A stretch of DNA of 53,441 nucleotides from the NCBI GenBank assembly GCA_009785795.1, contig WQVN01000004.1, positions 1 through 53,441 of the forward strand, written 5' to 3'. The notes under the pieces are model-generated. The model was not told the DNA's origin. It did not search any database and worked only from the letters and a program-made list of their open reading frames with translations. Source of the DNA: Coriobacteriia bacterium. GTDB lineage: Bacteria > Actinomycetota > Coriobacteriia > WRKU01 > WQUG01. The position numbers and the translations under genes were made by a program. Each line of letters begins with the position of its first letter. Positions within the stretch are counted from its first letter, which is position 1. This document shows positions 18,378-27,643 of the stretch, piece by piece.

Positions 18378-19739
18378 ATGCAAATTTCTGTGAAAAAACA
18401 CGGTTTAACCACTCGCATTGTTGTGATCATATTCATTATGGCATTGATGAAGCCTGCCATATTGGGTGCAGTTCCAGAAAGCGAATCACCTGCTGACAGT
18501 TCCCAAGCGACTCAAATCAGTGATGCACAAGAACGTGCAACTGCTGCACGTATTCGACTTGACGAACTCGCAACAGAGCTTGGCATTGCATCAGAAAACT
18601 TCTTTGAGGCACAGGAACAGCTCGAGCAGACAGAAGCTGAAATTTCAGATACCGAGGATCAATTAGAGCAAAACAGGAAAGAATTAGATCATGCGAACGA
18701 CTTGCTATCAGAACGTGCAGTTAGCGCATATCAAAGCTCAGACCCTTCTTTTGTTGTCTTTGTTTTTGATTCGGAGACCTTTCCTGAGCTACTTGCTCGC
18801 ATTACCATGGTGCGTACTATCATGGAAAACGATGCAAGCTTAATTCGTGATGTTCGTAGCCTGCGTGCAGAAATTGAGGCTAATAAGGCTCTGCTTGAAA
18901 CACAGCAAGAAACACAGCAAGAATTTGCACAGGCGGCACAGTCAGAATATGATACGGTTCAACAAGTTTTGGACGAACAGCAAAACCTCCTCAATTCGCT
19001 TGACAGTGAGGTGCATCAGCTGATTGAGGCAGAGCGCGCTCGCATTCAGGAAGAACAGATCAGACAGGCTGAAGTAGAAGAGCGTCGTCTGGCCCGTTTG
19101 GCAGAGCGACAGCAAGAACAAGAAAATCAGCAAGCTGAAGAATCGACATCGTCTAATGACAGTGCACAGGCAGGCGACACGTCTACTGGCAATAGTAGTA
19201 GCAACAGCGGATCTGCCAATTCGAACAACAACTCTAACAGCACTGCGAATAACACTAATCGTCCAAATAATAACACCAACAATAATTCGAGTGGCAACTC
19301 TAATGCTGGTAGCGGATCAGGCACTTCTACACCGCCACCATCAACAGATATTGGGAACCTGGGACGTGCTCGACCAGGCGTAGTGACCGAGGCACGTAGA
19401 TTTGTTGGCGTAACACCCTATTTATGGGGAGGCACGACTCCTGCAGGATTTGACTGTAGTGGGCTAACCCAATGGTGTTACCGGGTCGCATATGGCATTA
19501 ACTTGCCCAGAACGTCCCGCCAGCAATTTCATGCAGGAACCTTTATCCCTCCCAATCGTCGCGACTTGATGCAGCCAGGAGACCTACTGTTCTATAGCAG
19601 CACAGGTCGTCCGCAAGACATTTACCATGTTTCAATCTTTATTGGTGGGTCACGCAAGATTCATGCCCCCCTACCAGGACGTTTTGTAGAAGAGGCTCCG
19701 GCATTTACGCGTGACTTCATAGGCGCCGTCCGCCCATAA
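18378..19739 (+). CDS. Coiled-coil NlpC/P60 peptidoglycan endopeptidase (CwlO/RipA-like)
   Basis: Signal peptide, long coiled coil, Asn/Ser-rich linker, PYLWGG..GFDCSGL, HVSI, IHAP. Confidence 0.92.
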   Translation: MQISVKKHGLTTRIVVIIFIMALMKPAILGAVPESESPADSSQATQISDAQERATAARIRLDELATELGIASENFFEAQEQLEQTEAEISDTEDQLEQNRKELDHANDLLSERAVSAYQSSDPSFVVFVFDSETFPELLARITMVRTIMENDASLIRDVRSLRAEIEANKALLETQQETQQEFAQAAQSEYDTVQQVLDEQQNLLNSLDSEVHQLIEAERARIQEEQIRQAEVEERRLARLAERQQEQENQQAEESTSSNDSAQAGDTSTGNSSSNSGSANSNNNSNSTANNTNRPNNNTNNNSSGNSNAGSGSGTSTPPPSTDIGNLGRARPGVVTEARRFVGVTPYLWGGTTPAGFDCSGLTQWCYRVAYGINLPRTSRQQFHAGTFIPPNRRDLMQPGDLLFYSSTGRPQDIYHVSIFIGGSRKIHAPLPGRFVEEAPAFTRDFIGAVRP

Positions 19740-19974
19740 TCCTTACATCTTTGAATCAGTAGGGACATCTTAACTCTTCATATGAATTTTGACTGAAAGT
19801 GGTTTCATTGAGAAGAAAGAGGATGTCCCACTGCTGACAGCTTAGAGTATCTGCCACTAACTGGATATTTTTGCAAATGCATTGACGCTCTTTCTCTGCT
19901 CAAAGAAATAGGAGAGCTATACTTGAGTTCACTGCGTTTGTCGCAGAAGTATAAAGAGAGGTGAATCTCTGTGA

Positions 19975-20424
19975 TTGATTTACGTATTGGCAATTACAGC
20001 TTTGTCGATATCAATTATTGCAGCACTAGCTAGCATTGCAGGTGTCGTGTATATTTCCGCTCAGTCTAAGCAGGTGGCGCTACATAGGCAGGTATCTGCC
20101 TATGCTGAAATCTTTTCTCTTGTGATGGATACAAGTTGGAATCGCATGTACATTTATCAAAACAAAGAAGAAATCGTCAGAATTGGCTCAGAGGAAGAAT
20201 TGCAATATTTTATAAAAAGGAGGCCAGAAATTCACAATTCTATTCTTATAGTAGCAAATTGCTATCAATATGCGGGGTTTCTTGCAAGCAAAAATGTATT
20301 GGATCTTGATGATTTTTTGGATGAAGCTTCAAATGCACTTATTCGTATTGATGAAATTATTGCAGCGTACATAGATCTTTTGCAAAAACAATCGAACCCT
20401 CAAGACTATAAGCAATATTATTGA
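19975..20424 (+). CDS. DUF4760-like protein with an N-terminal TM, possibly prematurely terminated
   Basis: N-terminal hydrophobic helix; VANCYQYAGFLASKNVLD resembles the LNxYExxGxxxxxGxxD core; TTG start after GAGGTGA. Confidence 0.55.
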   Translation: MIYVLAITALSISIIAALASIAGVVYISAQSKQVALHRQVSAYAEIFSLVMDTSWNRMYIYQNKEEIVRIGSEEELQYFIKRRPEIHNSILIVANCYQYAGFLASKNVLDLDDFLDEASNALIRIDEIIAAYIDLLQKQSNPQDYKQYY

Positions 20425-20555
20425 TGGATTGTGCATCAATCCAAGAGGAGAAGCAACATCGAGATCTCTGCGCAAGATGATATACTTTAAACGAGATTTG
20501 GCACTTGCCAAAGTTATTTTGCAGAGTATTGCCAACTAAGATAGGAGAGTATCAT

Positions 20556-20684
20556 ATGGGTGGAGCAGAAAGAACCGGGGGTCTAAATAGGAGCTTGGAG
20601 CGTATTGCAGATGTGATGGCAGAAAGCCTCGATAATCGTGGGCAAAATGATGCAAAACAGCAGGAAGTAGTCTTGGATGCCTGA
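20556..20684 (+). CDS. Small 42-aa protein, not in the ORF track
   Basis: AGGAGAG RBS, then MGGAERTGGLNRSLERIADVMAESLDNRGQNDAKQQEVVLDA*; its stop overlaps the next ATG (ATGCCTGA). Confidence 0.6.
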   Translation: MGGAERTGGLNRSLERIADVMAESLDNRGQNDAKQQEVVLDA

Positions 20685-21330
20685 CATTGCCAGTGAGTTG
20701 CCAGCCATAGTGTCACTTAATTTTCTTTACGGTCTTTCATCAGCGATAATTTTGTCTATTCTGTACAAGGGCGTAAGGAAAATTTATTTTGGCTTCAGAA
20801 ATCGATCGCTGTTTTCAGCTTCTGGTTATTGGATTGGTGAGTATACATCCAGCATAGATGAGACTTTTACTGCTGTGGATATACTTTATTTGCGCCAGCG
20901 CGGGAATAAAGTATTAGTCAAATTTCAACAGTATCGCCAGGAACCAATTCTCGATTACACACATCACGTTTGGTATGGAGAGGGATATATTTCGGATAGA
21001 GGTAGAATGGCTATATCTTATTTCACCACAATTGAAGAAGGCTATCAAAATGGTGTCTTCCTGCTAACACAAACAGATTTTGGTTCTATTCGAAAAGCAA
21101 TGAGTGGTGTGTTTTATGAGTTTCATGACAATAGGAAGATAGAAGATTTTACTAGGGTTGCTCAAGAAGTGCCCAAGTCACAAATACTGGCTTTTCCTAC
21201 AAAGTATCGCGCATATCGACTACGCTTATCAGTGAGAGAAAAAGTACTATTTCGTCTGAATAAAGCAGTGTATGCATCGTATTCGATTTCAAAATCCATA
21301 ATGGATGAAAGGGGAGAGCTGGATTTGTGA
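20677..21330 (+). CDS. Hypothetical protein: N-terminal TM plus beta-strand-rich domain
   Basis: Hydrophobic residues ~10-30, then SGYWIGEY...LYLRQRGNKV...WYGEGYI...GVFLL...MSGVFY. Confidence 0.7.
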   Translation: MPDIASELPAIVSLNFLYGLSSAIILSILYKGVRKIYFGFRNRSLFSASGYWIGEYTSSIDETFTAVDILYLRQRGNKVLVKFQQYRQEPILDYTHHVWYGEGYISDRGRMAISYFTTIEEGYQNGVFLLTQTDFGSIRKAMSGVFYEFHDNRKIEDFTRVAQEVPKSQILAFPTKYRAYRLRLSVREKVLFRLNKAVYASYSISKSIMDERGELDL

Positions 21331-21758
21331 GTCTGTCTGCATGTTCAAGATGTAGCTCTTGTTGTAGAGTAACTTCACTTGACAACAGAATTGACGTGAT
21401 AATTTTCCCTGATGACTTGGAGAGACTATCTTCGTATTTGCAAGTTAAGCCAAAGGAATTCGTGCAAGCCTATTGCCGTGAGGAGTTCTTCTCCAATTGT
21501 GACAGGCTGATACTATATTATGTGCTTAAGACTGAATCGGGGCATTGTATTTTTCTCAAGAATAAAGATTGCATTGTTCATAGCTGCAAGCCCATTCAGT
21601 GTGAAATGGCTCCTGGCAATTTTTTTAATTTTCCAGGATTGTGGGAGTATATGCCTTGTGTAAAGGAAAATGGAATTCGGTATAGGGAAGATCCTACAAA
21701 GCATGAGATGGAATTAGTTAAAAGCTTGCTAGATGATGAATACAACCCTTTACTTTGA
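21327..21758 (+). CDS. YkgJ-family CxxCxxCC cysteine-cluster protein
   Basis: CSRCSSCC, CIFL....CIVH..KPIQC...P; GTGA overlap with the upstream gene. Confidence 0.88.
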   Translation: MSLSACSRCSSCCRVTSLDNRIDVIIFPDDLERLSSYLQVKPKEFVQAYCREEFFSNCDRLILYYVLKTESGHCIFLKNKDCIVHSCKPIQCEMAPGNFFNFPGLWEYMPCVKENGIRYREDPTKHEMELVKSLLDDEYNPLL

Positions 21759-21785
21759 GATGTTAAACATAAGATGGAGGATGGC

Positions 21786-22604
21786 ATGACGAATCAGATA
21801 CCTGTAGTTGTTAGTGGGGCGGCAGGAAAGATGGGGCTCGAAACAGTAAAGGCTGTCCATGCAGCGCCTAATTTGAAGTTGCTTGCATGCATTGATCCTT
21901 GTTTTGCAGATGGTGTCCATACGCAGGGTGATGTAGACACATTCGCCAGTATCGATGAACTGATGGCAGCAGGTTTGGTGAGCCCACAAGAAACACGCAC
22001 TGTATTTGTGGATTTTACTCGTCCTGATGTGATTGAGGCCAACTTAAGGCAGGTACTTCCTTTGGGCTTTGACTGCGTTGTGGGAACAACTGGTCTCTCT
22101 GCAGAAACCCTTTGCGAACTTGAATCATTGGTTCCTGCAGACAGATGTCTGTTCATTGCACCCAACTTTGCCATTGGCGCTGTGCTGATGATGGAACTTG
22201 CTCAAAAGGTTGTTGCTTATATGCCTGATGTTGAAGTTATCGAACTGCATCATGACAACAAGCTTGACGCACCATCAGGAACGGCGAAGCGCACTGCAGA
22301 ATTACTGGCAGCAGCTCGCACGCAAGCGTTGCCAGATTTTCGCTCAACAGCGCCAGGCACAGAAACAGAGTTGCCAGGATGTGCAGGTGCACGTGGAGCA
22401 AATGTTGACGGAGTTCCCGTACATTCAGTGCGTTTGCCAGGATATGTTGCTCATCAAGAAGTGATATTTGGAGGGCAAGGTCAGACTCTGACAATTCGCC
22501 ATGATTCAATCCATCGCAATTCGTTCATGCCAGGTGTTGTACTTGCATGTGAGCAAGTAGGAAAACACCAGGGATTAATCATCGGATTAGAAAATTTGAT
22601 GTAG
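21786..22604 (+). CDS. dapB: 4-hydroxy-tetrahydrodipicolinate reductase
   Basis: GAAGKMG, VVGTTG, APNFAIG, ELHHDNKLDAPSGTA. Confidence 0.97.
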   Translation: MTNQIPVVVSGAAGKMGLETVKAVHAAPNLKLLACIDPCFADGVHTQGDVDTFASIDELMAAGLVSPQETRTVFVDFTRPDVIEANLRQVLPLGFDCVVGTTGLSAETLCELESLVPADRCLFIAPNFAIGAVLMMELAQKVVAYMPDVEVIELHHDNKLDAPSGTAKRTAELLAAARTQALPDFRSTAPGTETELPGCAGARGANVDGVPVHSVRLPGYVAHQEVIFGGQGQTLTIRHDSIHRNSFMPGVVLACEQVGKHQGLIIGLENLM

Positions 22605-22606
22605 TT

Positions 22607-23161
22607 ATGCGCAAATCAATTTACTATTTTACAATGTCGCTTGACGGCTACATTGCTGATGCCAGCGGCAGTGTTGACTGGATGGCAGGTGCGCCCAATA
22701 TTGACTACGGTTACAAAGAGTTCTATGAGCAGGTTGGCACAATACTTTTGGGTCGCAATACCTATGAGCACATGTTAAAAATGGGCGACTTTTTTCCTTA
22801 TCCCGACAGAGATGTCATTGTGTTCAGCAGTAATGACAAGCTGAAGATTGCGGCAGAGTCTGTCCAGATTACCTCAGATGATCCTGGTAAGACGCTTGCA
22901 CGTTTGCAGTTGGGCGATAACAGTGATGGACTTATCTGGATTGGTGGTGGTGGCACACTGGCAGGCAGTCTGTTCGAGGCAGGACTTATCGATGAGCTGC
23001 GAGTTTTCATTCAGCCGATTGTGCTAGGCGCAGGAACTGCGGCCTTAACCAGTGACAAGATAGCGGCTCGTGCACTTGAATTGGCGAATGTCAAAGAATG
23101 GCCAGCTGGAATTGTCGAGCTACGTTACAATGTAATTAAGCGCTGGCGCAGTGACGTATAG
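22607..23161 (+). CDS. Dihydrofolate reductase / RibD C-terminal family protein
   Basis: MSLDGYIA, LLGRNTYE, IWIGGGGTL, LIDELRVFIQPIVLGAG. Confidence 0.9.
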   Translation: MRKSIYYFTMSLDGYIADASGSVDWMAGAPNIDYGYKEFYEQVGTILLGRNTYEHMLKMGDFFPYPDRDVIVFSSNDKLKIAAESVQITSDDPGKTLARLQLGDNSDGLIWIGGGGTLAGSLFEAGLIDELRVFIQPIVLGAGTAALTSDKIAARALELANVKEWPAGIVELRYNVIKRWRSDV

Positions 23162-23207
23162 ACTGCTATTAGCTTGAGCCAAGTCATATAGAGGAGCCAT
23201 AAACAAG

Positions 23208-23831
23208 GTGTTTAACCCCGTTATCTTTTTGTCGAGATCTATTTTGGTTGCAATTGCTGCAACCTTTGCTGTTGTGGCGATGAAAGTGCTGGTGCGTGTT
23301 CTGGGACTTGAACATCTGATTGGGGACGGGATTATTGGACTTGTTTTTGCAGCTACCCTTGCCCTTGCTGGCGTATTTTACGGTCATCAACAGCCAAAGA
23401 AGAGTACGAGTGCCATGACAGTACGTATCCGCCTATTCATTTTGCAATTCGCTATCTTTCTTTCCATCCTGTCAGCCTTGCGCCTTTCCCCACTGTATTT
23501 TGATATTTTTGGACGCGATGTTCCCGCAGGGACAATCATTGTTCCCGCGCTGGTTATAATCTGGTTGATATATTGGCTATATGTAAATGTTTTAAGCATT
23601 AATGAAGCGGCTGCTACAGCTGCGCGTACAGATAGGCGTGAGCTTGCGCTGATGTGTCTTGCTCTGCTGCTGGCACCCTATTTGTTGCTGGTACCAGGCT
23701 TTTCCCTTGCAGAGATGCTTGGCTTTGATCCAGAAATCATTTTCTCAGTCTTTCAGTATGCTCCTATAATGTCGGCATCAATGCCGATTGCTTTTTCATT
23801 AAGAAGATTAGCGCATAACAAATCTACCTAG
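23208..23831 (+). CDS. Hypothetical multi-pass membrane protein
   Basis: About 6 hydrophobic segments; GAGGAG upstream. Confidence 0.65.
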   Translation: MFNPVIFLSRSILVAIAATFAVVAMKVLVRVLGLEHLIGDGIIGLVFAATLALAGVFYGHQQPKKSTSAMTVRIRLFILQFAIFLSILSALRLSPLYFDIFGRDVPAGTIIVPALVIIWLIYWLYVNVLSINEAAATAARTDRRELALMCLALLLAPYLLLVPGFSLAEMLGFDPEIIFSVFQYAPIMSASMPIAFSLRRLAHNKST

Positions 23832-23884
23832 TTCTGCTAGTATGAAAAGGGAGTAATATATTCACGCACTTACACGAAAGGGTA

Positions 23885-24838
23885 GTGATGTCAGCGCAAC
23901 CAATTTCAGCACCAGTTCCACCACATAGCTTCGATGCCTGCTACCTTACCACGCAGGCAATCAAGATGCGTATGGACATTGTTAAAATGCTTGCTTGTGC
24001 AGGTTCTGGACATCCTGGCGGATCGCTTTCTGCAGTTGATTTGATGGCGGTGCTCTACTTTGGCGGTGTTATGCGCTATGATGTGCAAAATCCGTGTCAT
24101 CCAGGACGTGATCGCTTTATTTTGTCAAAGGGACATGCCGCACCAGTGCTTTATGCTGCCCTTGCACGTGCGGGTTATTTTAGTGCAAAAGAATTCAAGA
24201 CTTTGCGCCATCTGGGTTCAATGCTACAGGGTCATCCCGATGCGGAACTGTGTCCTGGTGTAGAGGTGTCAACAGGGTCACTGGGTCAAGGCCTGTCAAT
24301 CGCAGCGGGTCTTGCGCAGGGACTGCGCCTACAAGCTGCAGGTGCGCGGAATGATCAGGTAGATAATGCAGGTGGGATGGACGGTACTTTGCCACAAATT
24401 TACACTTTGCTCGGAGACGGGGAATTACAAGAAGGTCAAAACTGGGAAGCAGCACTCTATGCTGCGCACTATAAGCTGGGCAATGTAGTAGCGATTGTTG
24501 ACCGCAATTTCTTGCAGATTGACGGTAATACAGAAGACGTTATGGCCTTGGGAGATGTGGGTGCAAAATTCGCAGCATTTGGCTGGGAAGTTGCCACTGT
24601 AGACGGACATGATTTTGCTGCGATTTATGAGACACTAACAAAAGAACGCCCAGTGGATAAACCATATGTGATTGTTGCCAACACTACAAAAGGCAAGGGT
24701 GTTTCTTTCATGGAAGATGTGGCTGGCTGGCACGGTGTTGCTCCAAATGACGAGCAGTGCGATGCAGCATGTGCAGAACTTCAAGTGAAGCTGTCGCTGT
24801 CTGCGAATACGCAGACAGGGGGTGGTGCAGATGCTTAG
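23885..24838 (+). CDS. Transketolase, N-terminal subunit
   Basis: SGHPGGSLS, DRFILSKGH, LQGHP, STGSLGQG, GDGELQEG. Confidence 0.95.
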   Translation: MMSAQPISAPVPPHSFDACYLTTQAIKMRMDIVKMLACAGSGHPGGSLSAVDLMAVLYFGGVMRYDVQNPCHPGRDRFILSKGHAAPVLYAALARAGYFSAKEFKTLRHLGSMLQGHPDAELCPGVEVSTGSLGQGLSIAAGLAQGLRLQAAGARNDQVDNAGGMDGTLPQIYTLLGDGELQEGQNWEAALYAAHYKLGNVVAIVDRNFLQIDGNTEDVMALGDVGAKFAAFGWEVATVDGHDFAAIYETLTKERPVDKPYVIVANTTKGKGVSFMEDVAGWHGVAPNDEQCDAACAELQVKLSLSANTQTGGGADA

Positions 24839-25784
24839 TGTGTGCAAAGCAACACGTGCTGCTCTGGGCGAAACTCTGGTTGCCATGGTCGAAGAGGGAC
24901 ATGACATTGTTGCCCTTGATGCCGATCTCGCCTGTTCGACAACAACGGGCAAATTGGGACAGGCCTACCCAGAACGCTTTTTTAATGCGGGAGTCGCAGA
25001 GGCGAACATGGTGGGAGCTGCAGCTGGCTTAGCACTGTCAGGGCAAATTGCCTTTACAGGATCTTTTGCCGTGTTTGGCACAGGGCGTGTTTATGATCAG
25101 ATTCGCAACACTGTTTGCATGAATAGCCTGAACGTTAAGATTGCGCCGACACATAGCGGCGTGACCGTGGGTCCCGACGGTGGCAGCCATCAAATGCTTG
25201 AAGATATTGCATTGATGCGTGTGTTGCCCAATATGCGTGTGCTGACACCATCTGATTACACGGCAGCAAAGGCAGCGGTACGTTATGCTGCGATGACGCC
25301 CGGACCGTTTTATATTCGTCTGGGTCGTGCGGGAGTTCCCAATTTATATGGACCAACAGGATTATTGGGTGGATCTATTACTGACATAGATGTAACAAAG
25401 GCTGTCGTGCTGCGCTCTGGTGCCGATGTGACGATTGCAGCCTGCGGCATAGAGGTTGCAGAAGCACTGCTTGCTGCAGAAATGCTAGCAGAAGAGGGCG
25501 TACAAGCAGAGGTCATTGATGTCATGTGTGTAAAGCCTCTTGATGTTGAAACTATCATGCAGAGTGTGTCCAAAACAGGACGCCTGGTTACTGCAGAAGA
25601 GCACAGTGTGTTAGGTGGTATGGGATCTGCTATTTCTGAGGTGTTGTCAGAACTGCATCCTGTTCCCACGCGCCGCATTGGAGTCGTGGATCGATTTGGC
25701 ATGAGTGGCAAGCCAGAAGAACTTATTAGACATTTCAAGCTTGATGCACCATCTATTGCCGCTGCTGCAAAAGAATTGCTGTAA
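24831..25784 (+). CDS. Transketolase, C-terminal subunit
   Basis: LDADLACST, GVAEANM, GPDGGSHQ, VTAEEH..GG.GS. Confidence 0.95.
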   Translation: MLSVCKATRAALGETLVAMVEEGHDIVALDADLACSTTTGKLGQAYPERFFNAGVAEANMVGAAAGLALSGQIAFTGSFAVFGTGRVYDQIRNTVCMNSLNVKIAPTHSGVTVGPDGGSHQMLEDIALMRVLPNMRVLTPSDYTAAKAAVRYAAMTPGPFYIRLGRAGVPNLYGPTGLLGGSITDIDVTKAVVLRSGADVTIAACGIEVAEALLAAEMLAEEGVQAEVIDVMCVKPLDVETIMQSVSKTGRLVTAEEHSVLGGMGSAISEVLSELHPVPTRRIGVVDRFGMSGKPEELIRHFKLDAPSIAAAAKELL

Positions 25785-25893
25785 CACCAGTAAGGTAACG
25801 GCTGCGATGTGTGGCTGTGACTTTTGTTACACTACTAGGCGTTGCTGGTGCCTGTGCATCAGCCTGTAATGTAAGCAGATTAGGGAGGCTTGT

Positions 25894-26658
25894 GTGACCG
25901 ACCTCGAGTCAAAACTTGACCAGATTGTGCCTGAACCGCAATTTTCGCCCCGTGCGAATCGCGGTCCGCTCATGATCTCGGTGAAAAATGTATCGAAGCG
26001 TTATGTTGCCAATAAGGCAGCACTTCAAAACATCAATGTTGAGGTTGCTGCTGGTGAATTCGTTTTTATTGTTGGGCATTCTGGTAGTGGAAAATCTACG
26101 TTTATTCGTATGCTTTTGCGCGAAGTCGTACCGTCTTCTGGACAGATCATTGTTGCAGGACACGATTTAAGCCGTCTAAAGAATTCGAAAATTCCCTATT
26201 TGCGTAGAAATATTGGTTGTGTATTTCAGGACTTTAAATTACTACCTAACAAGACGGCCTTTGAAAATGTTGCCTTTGCTTTGCAGGTAATTGGTAAATC
26301 AAAACATGTTATCAATACGCAAGTACCAGAAGTTCTGCGCTTGGTTGGACTTGAAGGAAAGATACACAACTATCCGCATGAACTGTCTGGTGGCGAGCAG
26401 CAGCGTGTTTCTGTTGCACGTGCCTTTGTAAATCGCCCACCACTACTGCTGTGTGACGAGCCGACGGGTAATCTTGATCCGCAGACATCACTCGGTATCA
26501 TGAAATTATTGGAACGCATTAACCGTACAGGTACGACCACCCTTATCGCGACGCACGACCAAGAAATGGTGAATTACATGCGCCAGCGCGTAATTGCCCT
26601 TGACGAAGGTCATCTGGTTCGCGACCAGGATAGGGGGGTGTACGGCAGTGTCGATTAA
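25894..26658 (+). CDS. ftsE: Cell-division ATP-binding protein FtsE
   Basis: [34 protein letters not shown]; followed by ftsX. Confidence 0.95.
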   Translation: MTDLESKLDQIVPEPQFSPRANRGPLMISVKNVSKRYVANKAALQNINVEVAAGEFVFIVGHSGSGKSTFIRMLLREVVPSSGQIIVAGHDLSRLKNSKIPYLRRNIGCVFQDFKLLPNKTAFENVAFALQVIGKSKHVINTQVPEVLRLVGLEGKIHNYPHELSGGEQQRVSVARAFVNRPPLLLCDEPTGNLDPQTSLGIMKLLERINRTGTTTLIATHDQEMVNYMRQRVIALDEGHLVRDQDRGVYGSVD

Positions 26659-27562
26659 TATTGGATATTTCATATCTGAAGCTGCAATTAGCTTCAAGCG
26701 CAATTGGGTAATGACCTTTGGTGGCATTGCGACAATATTCTTGTCGCTGCTGTTAATGGGTAGTGCCTTGCTGATAAATAGCATGGTTGCTGACATGACG
26801 CGCGATATCGAGAGTCGTATCAACATTCAGATTTGGATTCATGATGATGCTACAGATGCAGATATTGATACCTTGCAAACTGAGCTTACCGCGCATGAAA
26901 ATGTTGCGACTGTGGAGCTGGTTTCAAAAGAGGAAGCACTCGCGCGCTTTGAGCGAATGACAGAAGGCTCGCCAGAGATTGTCGAACAGCTTGCAGGAAA
27001 TCCGCTTCCTCGATCACTTGAAATTGAATTAGTTGACACGCAAGAAATTGATGGTGTGTTAACTCTGATACGCGACAGTGAGGAATTTGAGCGCATTGGA
27101 ATTCCAGGAGAGAGTCCTGATGCAGCCCTTAGTTATGGTGGGAGTATTGTAGAGACCTTGCTTGATGCAACCAACACAGCACGGTTTGTAGGAGCTTTAT
27201 TTGTAGGAATTTTGGCGCTGGTCAGTCTGATCTTCATTAACAATACTATTCGCCTTGCGATTTATGCGCGCAGAAATGAACTTTCCATTATGCGCTTGGT
27301 GGGTGCAAGCAATGGATTTATTCGCGCACCATTCATCCTTGAGGGCATATTGCAGGCTTTTGTCGGTGCGCTGCTTGCCATCTTAGTACTGCTGGGAGTT
27401 AAAGAATTTGTATTCCCGAACCTGCAGCAGGCACTTGCTTTTATCGATTTTGACTTTAGTAATGCCCTTATGTTGCAGATATCATTAACTCTGGTTGGCA
27501 CAGGTGTTGTTATTGGTATTCTAGGAGCAGTTATTGCCATGAGAAGGTACTTGAAGATCTAG
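26648..27562 (+). CDS. ftsX: Cell-division permease FtsX
   Basis: [33 protein letters not shown]; GTG start after GGGGGG (start inferred). Confidence 0.93.
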   Translation: MSINIGYFISEAAISFKRNWVMTFGGIATIFLSLLLMGSALLINSMVADMTRDIESRINIQIWIHDDATDADIDTLQTELTAHENVATVELVSKEEALARFERMTEGSPEIVEQLAGNPLPRSLEIELVDTQEIDGVLTLIRDSEEFERIGIPGESPDAALSYGGSIVETLLDATNTARFVGALFVGILALVSLIFINNTIRLAIYARRNELSIMRLVGASNGFIRAPFILEGILQAFVGALLAILVLLGVKEFVFPNLQQALAFIDFDFSNALMLQISLTLVGTGVVIGILGAVIAMRRYLKI

Positions 27563-27643
27563 CCAGAGCACTCTGGACAACGATCAATGACATTATTCAG
27601 TGCGGGCAGTAATGTCCGCATTGTTTCATTCGAAAGGAATGTT

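Noticed and set aside
19130-19320. AAC/AAT-rich low-complexity tract as a repeat array
   Set aside because: It encodes the Asn/Ser linker of the NlpC/P60 protein and has no regular repeat-spacer structure.
19780-19964. Open stretch ending ...SQKYKER* upstream of the DUF4760-like gene
   Set aside because: No convincing start with an RBS and no motif; at most a gene remnant.
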